Assembly: GCA_963774955.1 (NCBI GenBank)
Contig: CAVZGV010000003.1
Location: forward strand, 320,771-384,770
Length of the DNA stretch: 64,000 nt
Source: Candidatus Falkowbacteria bacterium
Lineage (GTDB): Bacteria; Patescibacteriota; Patescibacteriia; CAIXNZ01
Direction: 5' to 3'
Shown: positions 30,177 to 40,045 of the stretch, piece after piece
Layout of the letters: each line of letters begins with the position of its first letter
Numbering within the stretch: the first letter of the stretch is position 1
The notes under the pieces: generated by a model
What the model was told of the DNA's origin: nothing
Seen by the model: only the letters and a program-made list of their open reading frames with translations
The model's database searches: none
Program-made: the position numbers and the translations under genes

Positions 30177-30984
30177 TTTATTACAACTTAAAGAAATAGC
30201 CAATACTTTGCGTCAGGATGTAATTCACATGTTGGCCGAGGCAGGTTCAGGACATCCGGCCAGCGCTTTGGGTTTGGCTGATGTTTTTGCTGCCTTGTAT
30301 TTTAATATTTTAAAACATAATTTGAAAAACCCCAAGTGGGCACAGCGAGACCGTTTATGTTTATCCTGCGGCCATGTGGTACCCATACGCTACGCTGCCA
30401 TGGCGCGAGCAGGTTATTTCCCCTTGGCCTGGTTAAAGACATTACGAAAACTTGGTTCCAAATTGCAGGGACATCCTTCTTATCAAGATATGCCCGCTTT
30501 AGAATGTTCGTCAGGTCCTTTGGGTCAGGGCGTTTCAGTGGCCGTAGGCATGGCTTTGGCCGCTAAAATGAACAAACAAAAACATTTTATTTATTGCGTC
30601 ACCAGTGACGGGGAACAGGATGAGGGTCAGACCTGGGAAGCGGTTTTGTGCGCTGCCAAGTATAAGCTGGATAATTTAATTTTTATTTTGGACAGAAATA
30701 ATATTCAGATTGACGGGACGGCGGATAAAATTATGCCGCTAAAGCCTTTGTGTCAGAAATATGAAAAATTCAACTGGCATGTTTTACATATTGACGGTAA
30801 TAATATGAAAGAACTTTTAACCGGTTTTGCCAAGGCCAAGAAACTTAAAGGTAAACCGAAGGTTATGATTTGTCATACTGTGCCGGGTAAAGGGGTAAGC
30901 TTTATGGAAAATAAATGGGAGTGGCACGGCAAAGCGCCAAATCAAGACGAGGCCAGGAGAGCCTTAAGTGAATTAAATAAATAA
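30163..30984 (+). CDS. Transketolase N-terminal subunit
   Basis: GSGHP, LQGHP, GPLGQG, SDGEQDEGQTWE, DRNNIQIDG, WHGKAP. Confidence 0.93.
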   Translation: MKKYNLLQLKEIANTLRQDVIHMLAEAGSGHPASALGLADVFAALYFNILKHNLKNPKWAQRDRLCLSCGHVVPIRYAAMARAGYFPLAWLKTLRKLGSKLQGHPSYQDMPALECSSGPLGQGVSVAVGMALAAKMNKQKHFIYCVTSDGEQDEGQTWEAVLCAAKYKLDNLIFILDRNNIQIDGTADKIMPLKPLCQKYEKFNWHVLHIDGNNMKELLTGFAKAKKLKGKPKVMICHTVPGKGVSFMENKWEWHGKAPNQDEARRALSELNK

Positions 30985-30994
30985 ATATAAATTC

Positions 30995-32164
30995 ATGAGG
31001 ACAATTATTTCTCTATTTATTGTGATCACAATTTTAACCTCAGCCGTGGTCGGCGGTGCTGTTTATTACTGGCAGTTAACCGAGATTAACAATTTGCTGA
31101 ATCAAAATCAGATTGTTACTGACCAGCTTAATAAGCAGATTCAGGGTTTGCAGCAGCAATTGGCTGATTTACAGGCTAATACTAATACTCAAGCAGATAA
31201 TACTAATAATCAGCCGGTTCTTTCTATTGAGGACTGGGTAACAATGGTTGAAAATGATTTCGGTATTTCTTTTAAATACCCCAGAAATTATTTTATCTCC
31301 GGAAATCCTGATTCAAAGACGCCTTTATTAAAAATTGCCTCCCCCAATTTCAGTTCTGAATTAGTCGGCCAGCCGTTATTGGCAGTTATTAAGGGCAATG
31401 CCTTTTTTCTGGAGGAGATCATATATCAGGGCAATTTTGATTTGGATAAGATGATTGAGGATAGGTTATCCAAAAATCAAATGGCCGTGCCGGATCAAAA
31501 ACAATTACCCAAAGAAATAATCGGCAATTTTGAGTTTGCTTTATATACAGTAAACGGTTATGATGAGGCATTATTTTATAATGCCAATGATAAACGCGGC
31601 TGGAAAGTAGTTTCAGAAAGCGAAAATCCAGTTGCCGATCATACTCAGTTTCTAGAATTTTTAAATTCAATAAAAGATGTTGAGAATGTATCTGATCAGG
31701 TCTGGCAAACATATACAAATTCAGAATATAAATTTTCTTTGCAGTATCCCCAGGGCGATGAATTTACCATGACACCGATTGCTACGGCCGCTAGCCCAGT
31801 TTATGTTATTAAAGATCAAGTTCAAGACCATAATATGCTTATCCAAATCTGGGATAATCCACAATCTTTAGAACTTTTTGACTGGATGACATCTCTGCCG
31901 TCAGATCCATTGCCTCAGGATGCACCCCGAGACATTAATTATTATATTGATACCAGCACAATTGATATGCAGCCAGCTTTGCGTATTTGGACAGGCGGAA
32001 CCAGTAATTGGGATCAGCCGGGAGAGTGTTTTCAGGCTTGTCCGAGAATTGAAATTTATTTTACCCGTTATAATAAAGCTTTCAAGATTATTTCCAATGA
32101 ATCATTGACTCCGGAAGCCCAGGCTGAATTTGATAAAATGATTTTATCATTAAAATTTTTATAA
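30995..32164 (+). CDS. Secreted/anchored protein with coiled coil and two PsbP-like domains
   Basis: N-terminal TM; WVTMVENDFGISFKYP and WQTYTNSEYKFSLQYP; FDKMILSLKF end. Confidence 0.7.
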   Translation: MRTIISLFIVITILTSAVVGGAVYYWQLTEINNLLNQNQIVTDQLNKQIQGLQQQLADLQANTNTQADNTNNQPVLSIEDWVTMVENDFGISFKYPRNYFISGNPDSKTPLLKIASPNFSSELVGQPLLAVIKGNAFFLEEIIYQGNFDLDKMIEDRLSKNQMAVPDQKQLPKEIIGNFEFALYTVNGYDEALFYNANDKRGWKVVSESENPVADHTQFLEFLNSIKDVENVSDQVWQTYTNSEYKFSLQYPQGDEFTMTPIATAASPVYVIKDQVQDHNMLIQIWDNPQSLELFDWMTSLPSDPLPQDAPRDINYYIDTSTIDMQPALRIWTGGTSNWDQPGECFQACPRIEIYFTRYNKAFKIISNESLTPEAQAEFDKMILSLKFL

Positions 32165-33129
32165 TGTCTTCTGGTTTTCAAAAAAAAGAGATATTGAAAT
32201 CCTGTCGCGACGGGTTTGGCGAGGCGTTTTTGGCATTGGGGCAGAAGAATAAAAAAGTTGTCGTGGTTTCGGCTGATTTGGCTGAATCGACTAAATGTTT
32301 GGAATTTGGCAAAAAATATCCCAATCGTTTTTATGAAGTCGGCGTGGCTGAACAAAATATGGCTGGGGTGGCTGCTGGTTTGGCCCTAGAAGGTTTAATG
32401 CCATTTACCTGTTCCTATGCGGCTTTTAGCCCGGGACGAAACTGGGAACAAATTAGGGTTTCAATCTGTTATAATAATGTTAATGTAAAGATAGTCAGCT
32501 CTCATGCCGGCTTAAATGTCGGCGAGGACGGCGCGACTCATCAGGCGCTTGAGGATTTGGCTTTAATGCGCGTGTTACCAAATATGACCGTTATTGCGCC
32601 TTGCGACTATTTAGAAACAAAAAAGGCAGTTATGGCAGCCGCTAAAATCAAAGGGCCGGTTTATATCCGTTTCGGTCGGGAAAAATGCCAGGTGATTACT
32701 GAGACTAAAACACCATTTGTCATTGGTAAGGCCAATGTAATGCGATCAGGCAAAGATGTGACCATTATAGCCTGTGGACCAATGGTGGCTGAGGCCTTGA
32801 AGGCTGCCGAAGAATTGGCTAAACAAAAAATTTCAGCTGAAGTGATTAATTGTCATACAATTAAACCGATTGATAAGGCAACAATCATTAAATCAGCAAA
32901 AAAGACTAAAAAGGTAATTACGGTTGAAGAACACCAGGTTAATGGGGGATTAGGCAGTGCTGTGGCTGAAGTTTTAGCTCAAAATTACCCGGTGCCTATG
33001 AAGATAATTGGTATGCCGGATAAATTCGGGGAGTCGGGGACAGCGAAACAACTTTTGGATAAATATGGATTAACTTATAAAAATGTAATTAAAATAGTTA
33101 ATAACTTTTATGGAAAATCAAAAATTTGA
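32164..33129 (+). CDS. Transketolase C-terminal subunit
   Basis: GVAEQNM, GEDGATHQ, GPVYIR, VEEH, GGLGSAV. Confidence 0.93.
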   Translation: MSSGFQKKEILKSCRDGFGEAFLALGQKNKKVVVVSADLAESTKCLEFGKKYPNRFYEVGVAEQNMAGVAAGLALEGLMPFTCSYAAFSPGRNWEQIRVSICYNNVNVKIVSSHAGLNVGEDGATHQALEDLALMRVLPNMTVIAPCDYLETKKAVMAAAKIKGPVYIRFGREKCQVITETKTPFVIGKANVMRSGKDVTIIACGPMVAEALKAAEELAKQKISAEVINCHTIKPIDKATIIKSAKKTKKVITVEEHQVNGGLGSAVAEVLAQNYPVPMKIIGMPDKFGESGTAKQLLDKYGLTYKNVIKIVNNFYGKSKI

Positions 33130-33355
33130 GACAAAGGATATTACTAAAAAGGTAATTGATCAATTTATTTCTGAATTTGAGGATTTAGCCACTGATCCTC
33201 GTTGGGATTATGATCCGCAAGTAGTTGAACATGTGCGACAAGGTAAAAAAATTCCTCATGACAGATGGGCAGAACAGCTTCTTATAAAGGTTGGCCAGGA
33301 TTTTCGGTTAAATCCGGATCAAATTGATGAATTAAAAAAGAAAATTTTTGAATAA
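33110..33355 (+). CDS. Hypothetical protein
   Basis: Operon-packed ORF with host-like codon usage. Confidence 0.55.
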   Translation: MENQKFETKDITKKVIDQFISEFEDLATDPRWDYDPQVVEHVRQGKKIPHDRWAEQLLIKVGQDFRLNPDQIDELKKKIFE

Positions 33356-33366
33356 TAATTAAGGCT

Positions 33367-33831
33367 ATGAAGAAAAAAAACATTGTCGTATTATTACTAT
33401 TATTATTCTTTATCGCTATTTATATTGGTATCAGGATCTATGTGGGTATCTTTCCGTCTTCTTTTATATCCGAAGCCAAATGTGAAAAACCTTTAGTTAA
33501 TGTCTTATGCTTTAATGAAAATAACGGCAGCCGAGTAATCACTAAAGATAGAATATCTTGTAAATCAAATGAGGATTGTGGCGAGGAGAGTATGAATAAT
33601 TTTTGTGAACCTGGCGTGCCAGAAATTGATTTTCTTCAGAACTATTGTAATCCTTGGGTGAAGTGCGGTAGCGATGGATTCTGCAAAGGCTGTGAATGCG
33701 GCGGTTTGGCAGGGGTGCCGAAATTTTTGAGAACCTACTTGATATTAAATTTAATTGCTGTTATTGGCATTTTAATTAGCGCGTTGTTGCTTGTTTATTT
33801 GTCGGTTAAAAATAAATTTGTTAAAAAATAA
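33367..33831 (+). CDS. Membrane protein with Cys-rich extracellular loop
   Basis: TM at both ends with multiple Cys between. Confidence 0.65.
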   Translation: MKKKNIVVLLLLLFFIAIYIGIRIYVGIFPSSFISEAKCEKPLVNVLCFNENNGSRVITKDRISCKSNEDCGEESMNNFCEPGVPEIDFLQNYCNPWVKCGSDGFCKGCECGGLAGVPKFLRTYLILNLIAVIGILISALLLVYLSVKNKFVKK

Positions 33832-33842
33832 ATTATATATTT

Positions 33843-34763
33843 ATGTTAGTTACTACCAAACAAATTTTAGCCAAAGCCAATAAAGGTCATTACGCTGTCG
33901 GCGCCTTTAATACCAATAATTTGGAAATTACCCAGGCGATTATTGAAGCTGCCGAAGAGCTTAAAGCTCCGGTAATAATTCAGACGTCTGAAGGTGCGAT
34001 TAGTTATGCGGGTATCGATTATTTATTGGCCATAAATAAAGTGGCCAGTCAGGCTAAAGTTCCTGTTGCTATTCACCTGGATCATGGCAAGGATTTGAAA
34101 TTAATAAAAAAATGTATTGATAGCGGTTACACTTCAGTTATGTATGATGGCTCATCTTTGCCGGAAAAAGAAAATATCGCCAATACTAAAAAAGTTGTTA
34201 CTTGGGCGCATAAAAAGGGCGTTAGCGTGGAAGCTGAAATAGGGGCTTTGGCCGGGATTGAAGATTTTGTTTCTGTATCGGCTAAAGACGCGGCTCTTAC
34301 CAGTCCGGAACAGGCTTTAAAATTTGTTAAGGCAACCAAATGTGATAGTTTAGCTATTGCCATCGGGACTGCTCACGGAGCTTTTAAATTTAAAAAAGCT
34401 TGTCATTTGGATTTTGCACGTTTGAAAAGGATCAAAGCCAAAGTGAAAATGCCTTTAGTTTTGCATGGTGCTTCGGGGGTGCCGAGTGAATTGGTAAAAA
34501 TGGCCAATAAATATGGGGCTAAATTAGCTGATACTAAAGGTGTACCAGACAGCCAAATTAAGCAGGCGATTAAATATGGCATTAATAAAATTAATACTGA
34601 TACTGACTTGCGTATTGCTTTTACTGCTGCTTTGAGAAAAACTTTAAAGGATAATCCGGCCGAGTTTGACCCGCGTAAGATTTTAGGACCTGCTAGAGAT
34701 TTAATGAAAAAGGTGGTGATGCAGAGGATACGGGTTTTTGGGTCGGTTAATAAGGCGAAATAG
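33843..34763 (+). CDS. fba: Class II fructose-1,6-bisphosphate aldolase
   Basis: HLDHG, SVMYDGS, VEAEIG, GTAHG, LVLHGASG, KINTDTD. Confidence 0.95.
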   Translation: MLVTTKQILAKANKGHYAVGAFNTNNLEITQAIIEAAEELKAPVIIQTSEGAISYAGIDYLLAINKVASQAKVPVAIHLDHGKDLKLIKKCIDSGYTSVMYDGSSLPEKENIANTKKVVTWAHKKGVSVEAEIGALAGIEDFVSVSAKDAALTSPEQALKFVKATKCDSLAIAIGTAHGAFKFKKACHLDFARLKRIKAKVKMPLVLHGASGVPSELVKMANKYGAKLADTKGVPDSQIKQAIKYGINKINTDTDLRIAFTAALRKTLKDNPAEFDPRKILGPARDLMKKVVMQRIRVFGSVNKAK

Positions 34764-34866
34764 GCAAAAATGCCCTTTGTCTGTCGTTGTCATTCAGAAC
34801 AGTACAAAGAATCCAGGACTACATAGATTCCACGCTTCGCTCTGAATGACAAAGAGCATTTTTGCT
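34763..34866. repeat. Composite palindromic element, copy 3 (diverged, apparently inverted)
   Basis: GGCAAAAATGCCCTTTGTC...GACAAAGAGCATTTTTGC around TGTCATTCAGA...TCTGAATGACA. Confidence 0.8.
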
Positions 34867-34914
34867 CGCATCATATTACTTATTACTTATTACCAAATTA
34901 ACCAATATAACCCT

Positions 34915-35889
34915 ATGAACTTCGATATCATCTCAATCGGGTCCGCCACAAAAGACGTTTATTTAATCAGTAAAGATTTTAAATTAATTAAATCCGGGAA
35001 ATTTTCCACCGGTTTCGGTGAATGTTTTAATTATGGCAGTAAACTGGATTTGGGTGATGTTTTTTTTGATATTGGAGGCGGGGCTACCAATTCGGCCTTT
35101 ACTTTTGCAAATTTGGGTTTAAAGGCTGGTGTCTGTAGCCGGGTAGGCAAGGATATCTTTGGCTTGGAAATCCTGCATCTTTTGGCGGATAAGGGGATTG
35201 CGTCTATGATTGTTACTGATCGAAAGTATAAAACGGCTTATTCCACTATCTTAGTCAAGCCTGAAGGCGACAGAACAATTTTGGTTTATCGCGGAGCCAG
35301 CGCTAATTTTTCCGCTAAAGATATTAACTGGTCAAAACTCAAGACTAAATGGATTTATTTATCATCAGTGGCCGGCAGTACCAGTTTGCTGGAACGTTTA
35401 TTTGCTTTTGTCCGAGCTAATAAAGTGAAAATCGCCTGGAATCCGGGCAATGCAGAATTAAAATTGGGCAAAGCGAAATTGTCTCGCTATATGAAAGACG
35501 CTTACATTTTTAATCTTAACCGAGAAGAAGCCCAGAAATTAACTGGCAAAAAAGAAATTAAGGATATATTTAAAGAGTTAAACCGTTTAAGTCCCGGTTA
35601 TAATATTGTGACTGAAGGCGCTAAGGGAGCCTATTTAAGCGATGGCATTCTGATTTATTATGCCTCGGCTTTGCCGTCAAAACTTATAAATACCACTGGC
35701 GCCGGTGATGCTTTTGGTTCCGGTTTTGCGACTGGTATGGCCTTAAAAAATGACTGGGATTATGCGTTACGGCTGGGTATTTTGAATGCCAACGGGGTTA
35801 TTCAAAGGATGGGGGCCAAAAACGGGCTTTTGACCAGTTTACCCAAAGCAGCCCTTTTAAACAGCGTGAAAATTACTATCGTGAAATAA
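34915..35889 (+). CDS. PfkB family carbohydrate kinase
   Basis: GGGATNSA, NREEA, NTTGAGDAFGSG. Confidence 0.9.
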   Translation: MNFDIISIGSATKDVYLISKDFKLIKSGKFSTGFGECFNYGSKLDLGDVFFDIGGGATNSAFTFANLGLKAGVCSRVGKDIFGLEILHLLADKGIASMIVTDRKYKTAYSTILVKPEGDRTILVYRGASANFSAKDINWSKLKTKWIYLSSVAGSTSLLERLFAFVRANKVKIAWNPGNAELKLGKAKLSRYMKDAYIFNLNREEAQKLTGKKEIKDIFKELNRLSPGYNIVTEGAKGAYLSDGILIYYASALPSKLINTTGAGDAFGSGFATGMALKNDWDYALRLGILNANGVIQRMGAKNGLLTSLPKAALLNSVKITIVK

Positions 35890-37427
35890 TGAATAAGATC
35901 ACAGAAATAAAATCAAAGAGATTATATTTGTTAAGCCTGGCCTTTGGGTCAGGTTTGACTATTATGGCCGTGGAAATATCAGCCTCGCGACTGATCGCTC
36001 CTTATTTTGGCACTTCCACTTTTATTTGGGTAAATATTATTGGAGTTATCATGGTGGCGCTGGCCTTAGGCTATTATCTCGGCGGTAAATTGGCTGATAA
36101 AAAACCTGATTTGAAATTGCTGTTACGATTGGTTTTAATCGCCTGCATCTTCTTATTAATCACACCTTTTGTCGCCAGTTTTTTGGCTTCTTTAGTCGCT
36201 AAGGCTTTACTGGTAATTAATTCAGCCTCAGTGGTAATTTTTTTCGGGTCGCTGATTCTAGTCTGCGCTTTGCTTTTTGTGCCGGTTTTGCTTTTGGGCA
36301 TTGTCAGCCCGTTTATAATTAAATTATTATCTCTTGCTGATGATCGTATCGGGCAGGATGCCGGTTTAGTTTTTTCAGTTTCAACTCTGGGCAGTATTTT
36401 GGGGACTTTTTTGCCGGTCTTGGTTTTTATACCCTTAGTCGGCACGCGTAAGACGATCATCATCTTTACCTGCATATTGATTTTTATAACCTTGATCGGG
36501 TTATTTAATAAGAAATGGTCACTGGTCAGTCTGGTTATTTTACTCTTAGTCTTTATTCAATTGCCCCCCTATAAGCAAGCCGCAGGCGCAATTTTTGAGG
36601 CTGAATCTGTTTATCAGTATTTTCAGGTTACGGATGAAGATAATTTTCGTTATTTAAAAATTAATGAAGGTCTGGGAGTCTTTTCCGTCATCAATAATGA
36701 TCCCAATAATGTGCTGACTGATTCATATTTTGATTATTATAATTTATTGCCGTATCTGGACGGTAATCATAAAAAACAGGATATTTTAGTCATTGGGCTG
36801 GCCGGGGGAACAATCAGTACCCAATTGAACCATTTTTTTAGTCAGGATTATGATTTGAAAATTGACGGAGTGGAAATAGACCAAAAATTAATTGCCACGG
36901 CCAGGAAATATTTTAACTTGGACAATAAGTCCTTAACTGTCCATAATTTGGACGGCAGGATATTTTTAAATTATACTGATCAAAAATACGATGCCATTGT
37001 CATAGATGCGTATGCCAACCAGCTCTATATTCCGTTTCATTTGGCGTCTGAGGAATTTTTTAAGTCGGTTAGAGAGCATTTGACATCTAAGGGTTTAGTG
37101 GCGATGAATGTTAATGCCACGGCTATAAATTCACCGCTTTTGAAAACAATTACCAATACCATGAACAAAGCCTTTGTCCATGTTTATATTTTACCCTTAC
37201 AGGACTGGAATTATTTAGTTTTGGCCGCTGACCAGCCGCTTGATTTTGCGGCTTTAAATGAAATTCAAATTAGACAGGAATTACAGCTGCTGGCTGAAAA
37301 CGCCAGGGTTAATTATCAGGAAGTGTTTTTTGATCCAGACTTTCAGGTTTTGACTGATGATAAGGCGCCAATTGAGCATCTGACTGACTGGATGATCCTG
37401 GATTATGCCATGAAAACTACTCAATAA
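35889..37427 (+). CDS. Fused MFS-like / spermidine synthase-like methyltransferase
   Basis: PYFGTS..W..IIG...LGYYLGG; LVIGLAGG, GVEID, DGR, IVIDAY, LTDDKAP. Confidence 0.88.
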   Translation: MNKITEIKSKRLYLLSLAFGSGLTIMAVEISASRLIAPYFGTSTFIWVNIIGVIMVALALGYYLGGKLADKKPDLKLLLRLVLIACIFLLITPFVASFLASLVAKALLVINSASVVIFFGSLILVCALLFVPVLLLGIVSPFIIKLLSLADDRIGQDAGLVFSVSTLGSILGTFLPVLVFIPLVGTRKTIIIFTCILIFITLIGLFNKKWSLVSLVILLLVFIQLPPYKQAAGAIFEAESVYQYFQVTDEDNFRYLKINEGLGVFSVINNDPNNVLTDSYFDYYNLLPYLDGNHKKQDILVIGLAGGTISTQLNHFFSQDYDLKIDGVEIDQKLIATARKYFNLDNKSLTVHNLDGRIFLNYTDQKYDAIVIDAYANQLYIPFHLASEEFFKSVREHLTSKGLVAMNVNATAINSPLLKTITNTMNKAFVHVYILPLQDWNYLVLAADQPLDFAALNEIQIRQELQLLAENARVNYQEVFFDPDFQVLTDDKAPIEHLTDWMILDYAMKTTQ

Positions 37428-37555
37428 TTTTTTCTTTTAACTATTTTCTATTTAATTTATAAGAGTTATGCACAAGCCTCTTGCATAATTTTTTTATTTG
37501 TTTTATTATGTTCTCAATGATTAAAAAATAATAATAAAAATAAGCTCCTTTGCGT

Positions 37556-37660
37556 ATGAACACTGAACCATGTCCTGTCTGTGAAAATGACCCATGCACC
37601 TGTGAATCCGATTACATTTATCATGTGCCCACCACAGGCGATCGTGACGATGACGAATAA
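37556..37660 (+). CDS. 34-aa Cys-rich acidic microprotein (not in the ORF track)
   Basis: MNTEPCPVCENDPCTCESDYIYHVPTTGDRDDDE; promoter TTGCAT-17-TATTAT (37481-37509); terminator follows. Confidence 0.55.
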   Translation: MNTEPCPVCENDPCTCESDYIYHVPTTGDRDDDE

Positions 37661-37667
37661 TATAAGG

Positions 37668-37694
37668 ACCCTGCTTGATTGAGCAGGGTTTTTT
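37668..37694 (+). terminator. Intrinsic terminator
   Basis: accctgctt-gatt-gagcagggt followed by T-run. Confidence 0.75.
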
Positions 37695-37897
37695 GTTTTA
37701 TGCCAGCTGGAAGGCAGACGTTAGGCGTAATACGGCTACGATGCCCGTATCGTTTTTGGGTTAGGTCTAACGGCTAAACTACGTAACCGATTGACGCCTA
37801 ACTATACGGGCTTCGTTACCCTAACCGATTTACGATTCACAATAATCGTTTGATTTTTATCAAGGTTTTTGCTAAAATTATGGTATTATTAGACATT

Positions 37898-38563
37898 ATG
37901 ACCTTATATATTGTCGGTACGCCGATAGGGAATTTAGAAGACATTAGTTTAAGAGCCTTAAGAATTTTGAAAGAGGTTGATTTTGTGTTGTGCGAGGATA
38001 CGCGGGTAACGCGTGTGCTTTTGGATAAATATGAAATCAAGACTCCGACCATCTCTTATTTTCAGCATTCGGGTTTGACCAAGGTTAATCAGATAATTGA
38101 TTTACTTAAACAAGGCAAAAATTTGGCTCTGGTTTCCGATGCCGGTACACCCGGTATTTCTGATCCGGGCAATAAACTGATCGAATTGGTTTTAAAGGAA
38201 TTGCCTGACGTCAGAATTGAACCGATCCCCGGTGCCTGCGCCGCTATAGCTGCCTTATCAATTTCCGGCTTGCCAACTGATAAATTTGTGTTTTACGGAT
38301 TTTTACCGCACAAAAAAGGCAAGGAAACTATTTTGAAAGAAATTATCAGCAATAAGTTCACTTCTGTTTTTTACGAATCCACGCATCGGATATTAAAGAC
38401 TTTAGGCAAATTGAAAGATTTGGGGTTAGGGGACAAGCAGATTGTAGTTTGCCGGGAAGTGACTAAGAAGTTTGAAACAACGTATAGAGGAACGATTGCA
38501 GATGTTTTGGCGGTTTTGGAAAAGGATGTGACCAAGGGGGAGTTTGTGGTGGTTATTGGTTGA
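37898..38563 (+). CDS. rsmI: 16S rRNA C1402 2'-O-methyltransferase
   Basis: LYIVGTPIGNLEDIS.RA, EDTR, VSDAGTPGISDPG, YESTHR, REVTKKFE, KGEFVVV. Confidence 0.95.
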   Translation: MTLYIVGTPIGNLEDISLRALRILKEVDFVLCEDTRVTRVLLDKYEIKTPTISYFQHSGLTKVNQIIDLLKQGKNLALVSDAGTPGISDPGNKLIELVLKELPDVRIEPIPGACAAIAALSISGLPTDKFVFYGFLPHKKGKETILKEIISNKFTSVFYESTHRILKTLGKLKDLGLGDKQIVVCREVTKKFETTYRGTIADVLAVLEKDVTKGEFVVVIG

Positions 38564-38617
38564 GGTTTTATGAAGTTGTATTAGGTTGTATGAGGTTATA
38601 TAAGGTTGCACTTGAAT

Positions 38618-38725
38618 GGGCGAAAACGCCCTTTGTCATGCCGACCGAAGCGGAGGCATCCCTAAGTTATTAAGGGATTTCTCGACTACGCTTGAAATGA
38701 CAATAGACAATGGGCGTTTTCGCCC
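38618..38725. repeat. Composite palindromic element, copy 4
   Basis: GGGCGAAAACGCCCTTTGTC...GACAATGGGCGTTTTCGCCC around TGTCATGCCGA...TTGAAATGACA. Confidence 0.85.
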
Positions 38726-38747
38726 GATAATAAATATTATCAATTAT

Positions 38748-38987
38748 ATGAGCCAAAATAAGAGAAATGGGATTATCATTTTAGTTATAAGTATTTTGTT
38801 TTTTGCCACTGCAGTTAATATGTATTATTTTTCGGATTTTTTTATGAATTTGTTAGATCCGAGTAGCCCCCTTGATGCACAGGCAAAAACCATAATTAAT
38901 TCCGTGGCCATTGCCGATGCCTTGGTTGGTTTGATCATTCTTGGCCTTAGTATGTATTTTTTTAAAAAAGAAGGTGGTATTAAATAA
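38748..38987 (+). CDS. Small membrane protein (2 TM)
   Basis: Likely start ATG 38748; the longer ORF reads through the repeat. Confidence 0.6.
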   Translation: MSQNKRNGIIILVISILFFATAVNMYYFSDFFMNLLDPSSPLDAQAKTIINSVAIADALVGLIILGLSMYFFKKEGGIK

Positions 38988-38995
38988 AAAAATAT

Positions 38996-39625
38996 ATGTC
39001 ACAAATTTTAATTTTCGGTGACAGCATAACCTACGGCGCTAGTGATTTGGAGGGTGGCTGGGTTAGCCGTTTACGCAAATATGTTGATCAAAAGGGGCTG
39101 ACTGATCCTGATTATTATAATTTGGTTTATAATCTGGGTATTTCCGCCAATAATACAGCTGATCTTTTAAAACGTTTTGAATTTGAAGTTCAGCAGAGAA
39201 TTAAGGAGGAAGGGGATACTGTTATAATCTTTGCAATTGGAACAAATGATTCCCAACTTTTTAAGGGTAAATTTATGACTGAACCGGCTCAATTTGGCAA
39301 GAATTTACAGGCTCTTTATACTTTAGCTCAAAAATATAGCTCCAAAATTATTTTTGCGGGTTTATTTCCGGTTGATGAAGCTAAGACTTGCCCAGTAGCC
39401 TGGGATAAAGAAAGATTTTATAAAAATGAAAATCTTGAACGTAATAATAAAATGATTAAAGAATTTTGCGCCAAGAATGGCTTATTATTCATTGATATTT
39501 ACAATCATTTTAGCAAAATTAAATATCAGGAATTACTTGAAGACGGCTTACACCCGACTACTGAGGGACATCGCCAAATGTTTGAAATAATTAGAGATCA
39601 ATTGATAAAAAATAAAATTATATAA
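38996..39625 (+). CDS. GDSL/SGNH hydrolase
   Basis: FGDSITYG, IGTND, DGLHP. Confidence 0.92.
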   Translation: MSQILIFGDSITYGASDLEGGWVSRLRKYVDQKGLTDPDYYNLVYNLGISANNTADLLKRFEFEVQQRIKEEGDTVIIFAIGTNDSQLFKGKFMTEPAQFGKNLQALYTLAQKYSSKIIFAGLFPVDEAKTCPVAWDKERFYKNENLERNNKMIKEFCAKNGLLFIDIYNHFSKIKYQELLEDGLHPTTEGHRQMFEIIRDQLIKNKII

Positions 39626-39628
39626 TTT

Positions 39629-40045
39629 ATGCCAAATAATAAAATTGTTCAAATTTTGAAAAACAAATATTTGATATTATTATATCTGACGACGGTTGTT
39701 ATGATTTTAATGTTATTTGTTGATCTTCGGGGGGTATTTTCGTTTAAAGATAAGCCAGTTCAAAATTTAGCTGAAATTAATGGGGCACCTTTTGATTTTG
39801 ATAATTGTTATGATTGTCCGTCTGGTTATAAGGATTATGGTTGGCCCTGGATAATGAGAACAACTAATATCAGCGGTCAAACTGGTTCTTTGGTTGCAGA
39901 TTATTACCCCGTTAATATTGTTTTGGATTTTATCATTGTCTATCTGTTTTTATTGGTAATTTACAGTCTGGCCAGAATAATTCATTTAAAATCAATTAAA
40001 TCAATAACTAATAAATATGCCCAAAGCAAAAACAGTAAAACCTAA
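39629..40045 (+). CDS. Membrane protein
   Basis: Two TM segments; YGWPW motif. Confidence 0.6.
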   Translation: MPNNKIVQILKNKYLILLYLTTVVMILMLFVDLRGVFSFKDKPVQNLAEINGAPFDFDNCYDCPSGYKDYGWPWIMRTTNISGQTGSLVADYYPVNIVLDFIIVYLFLLVIYSLARIIHLKSIKSITNKYAQSKNSKT

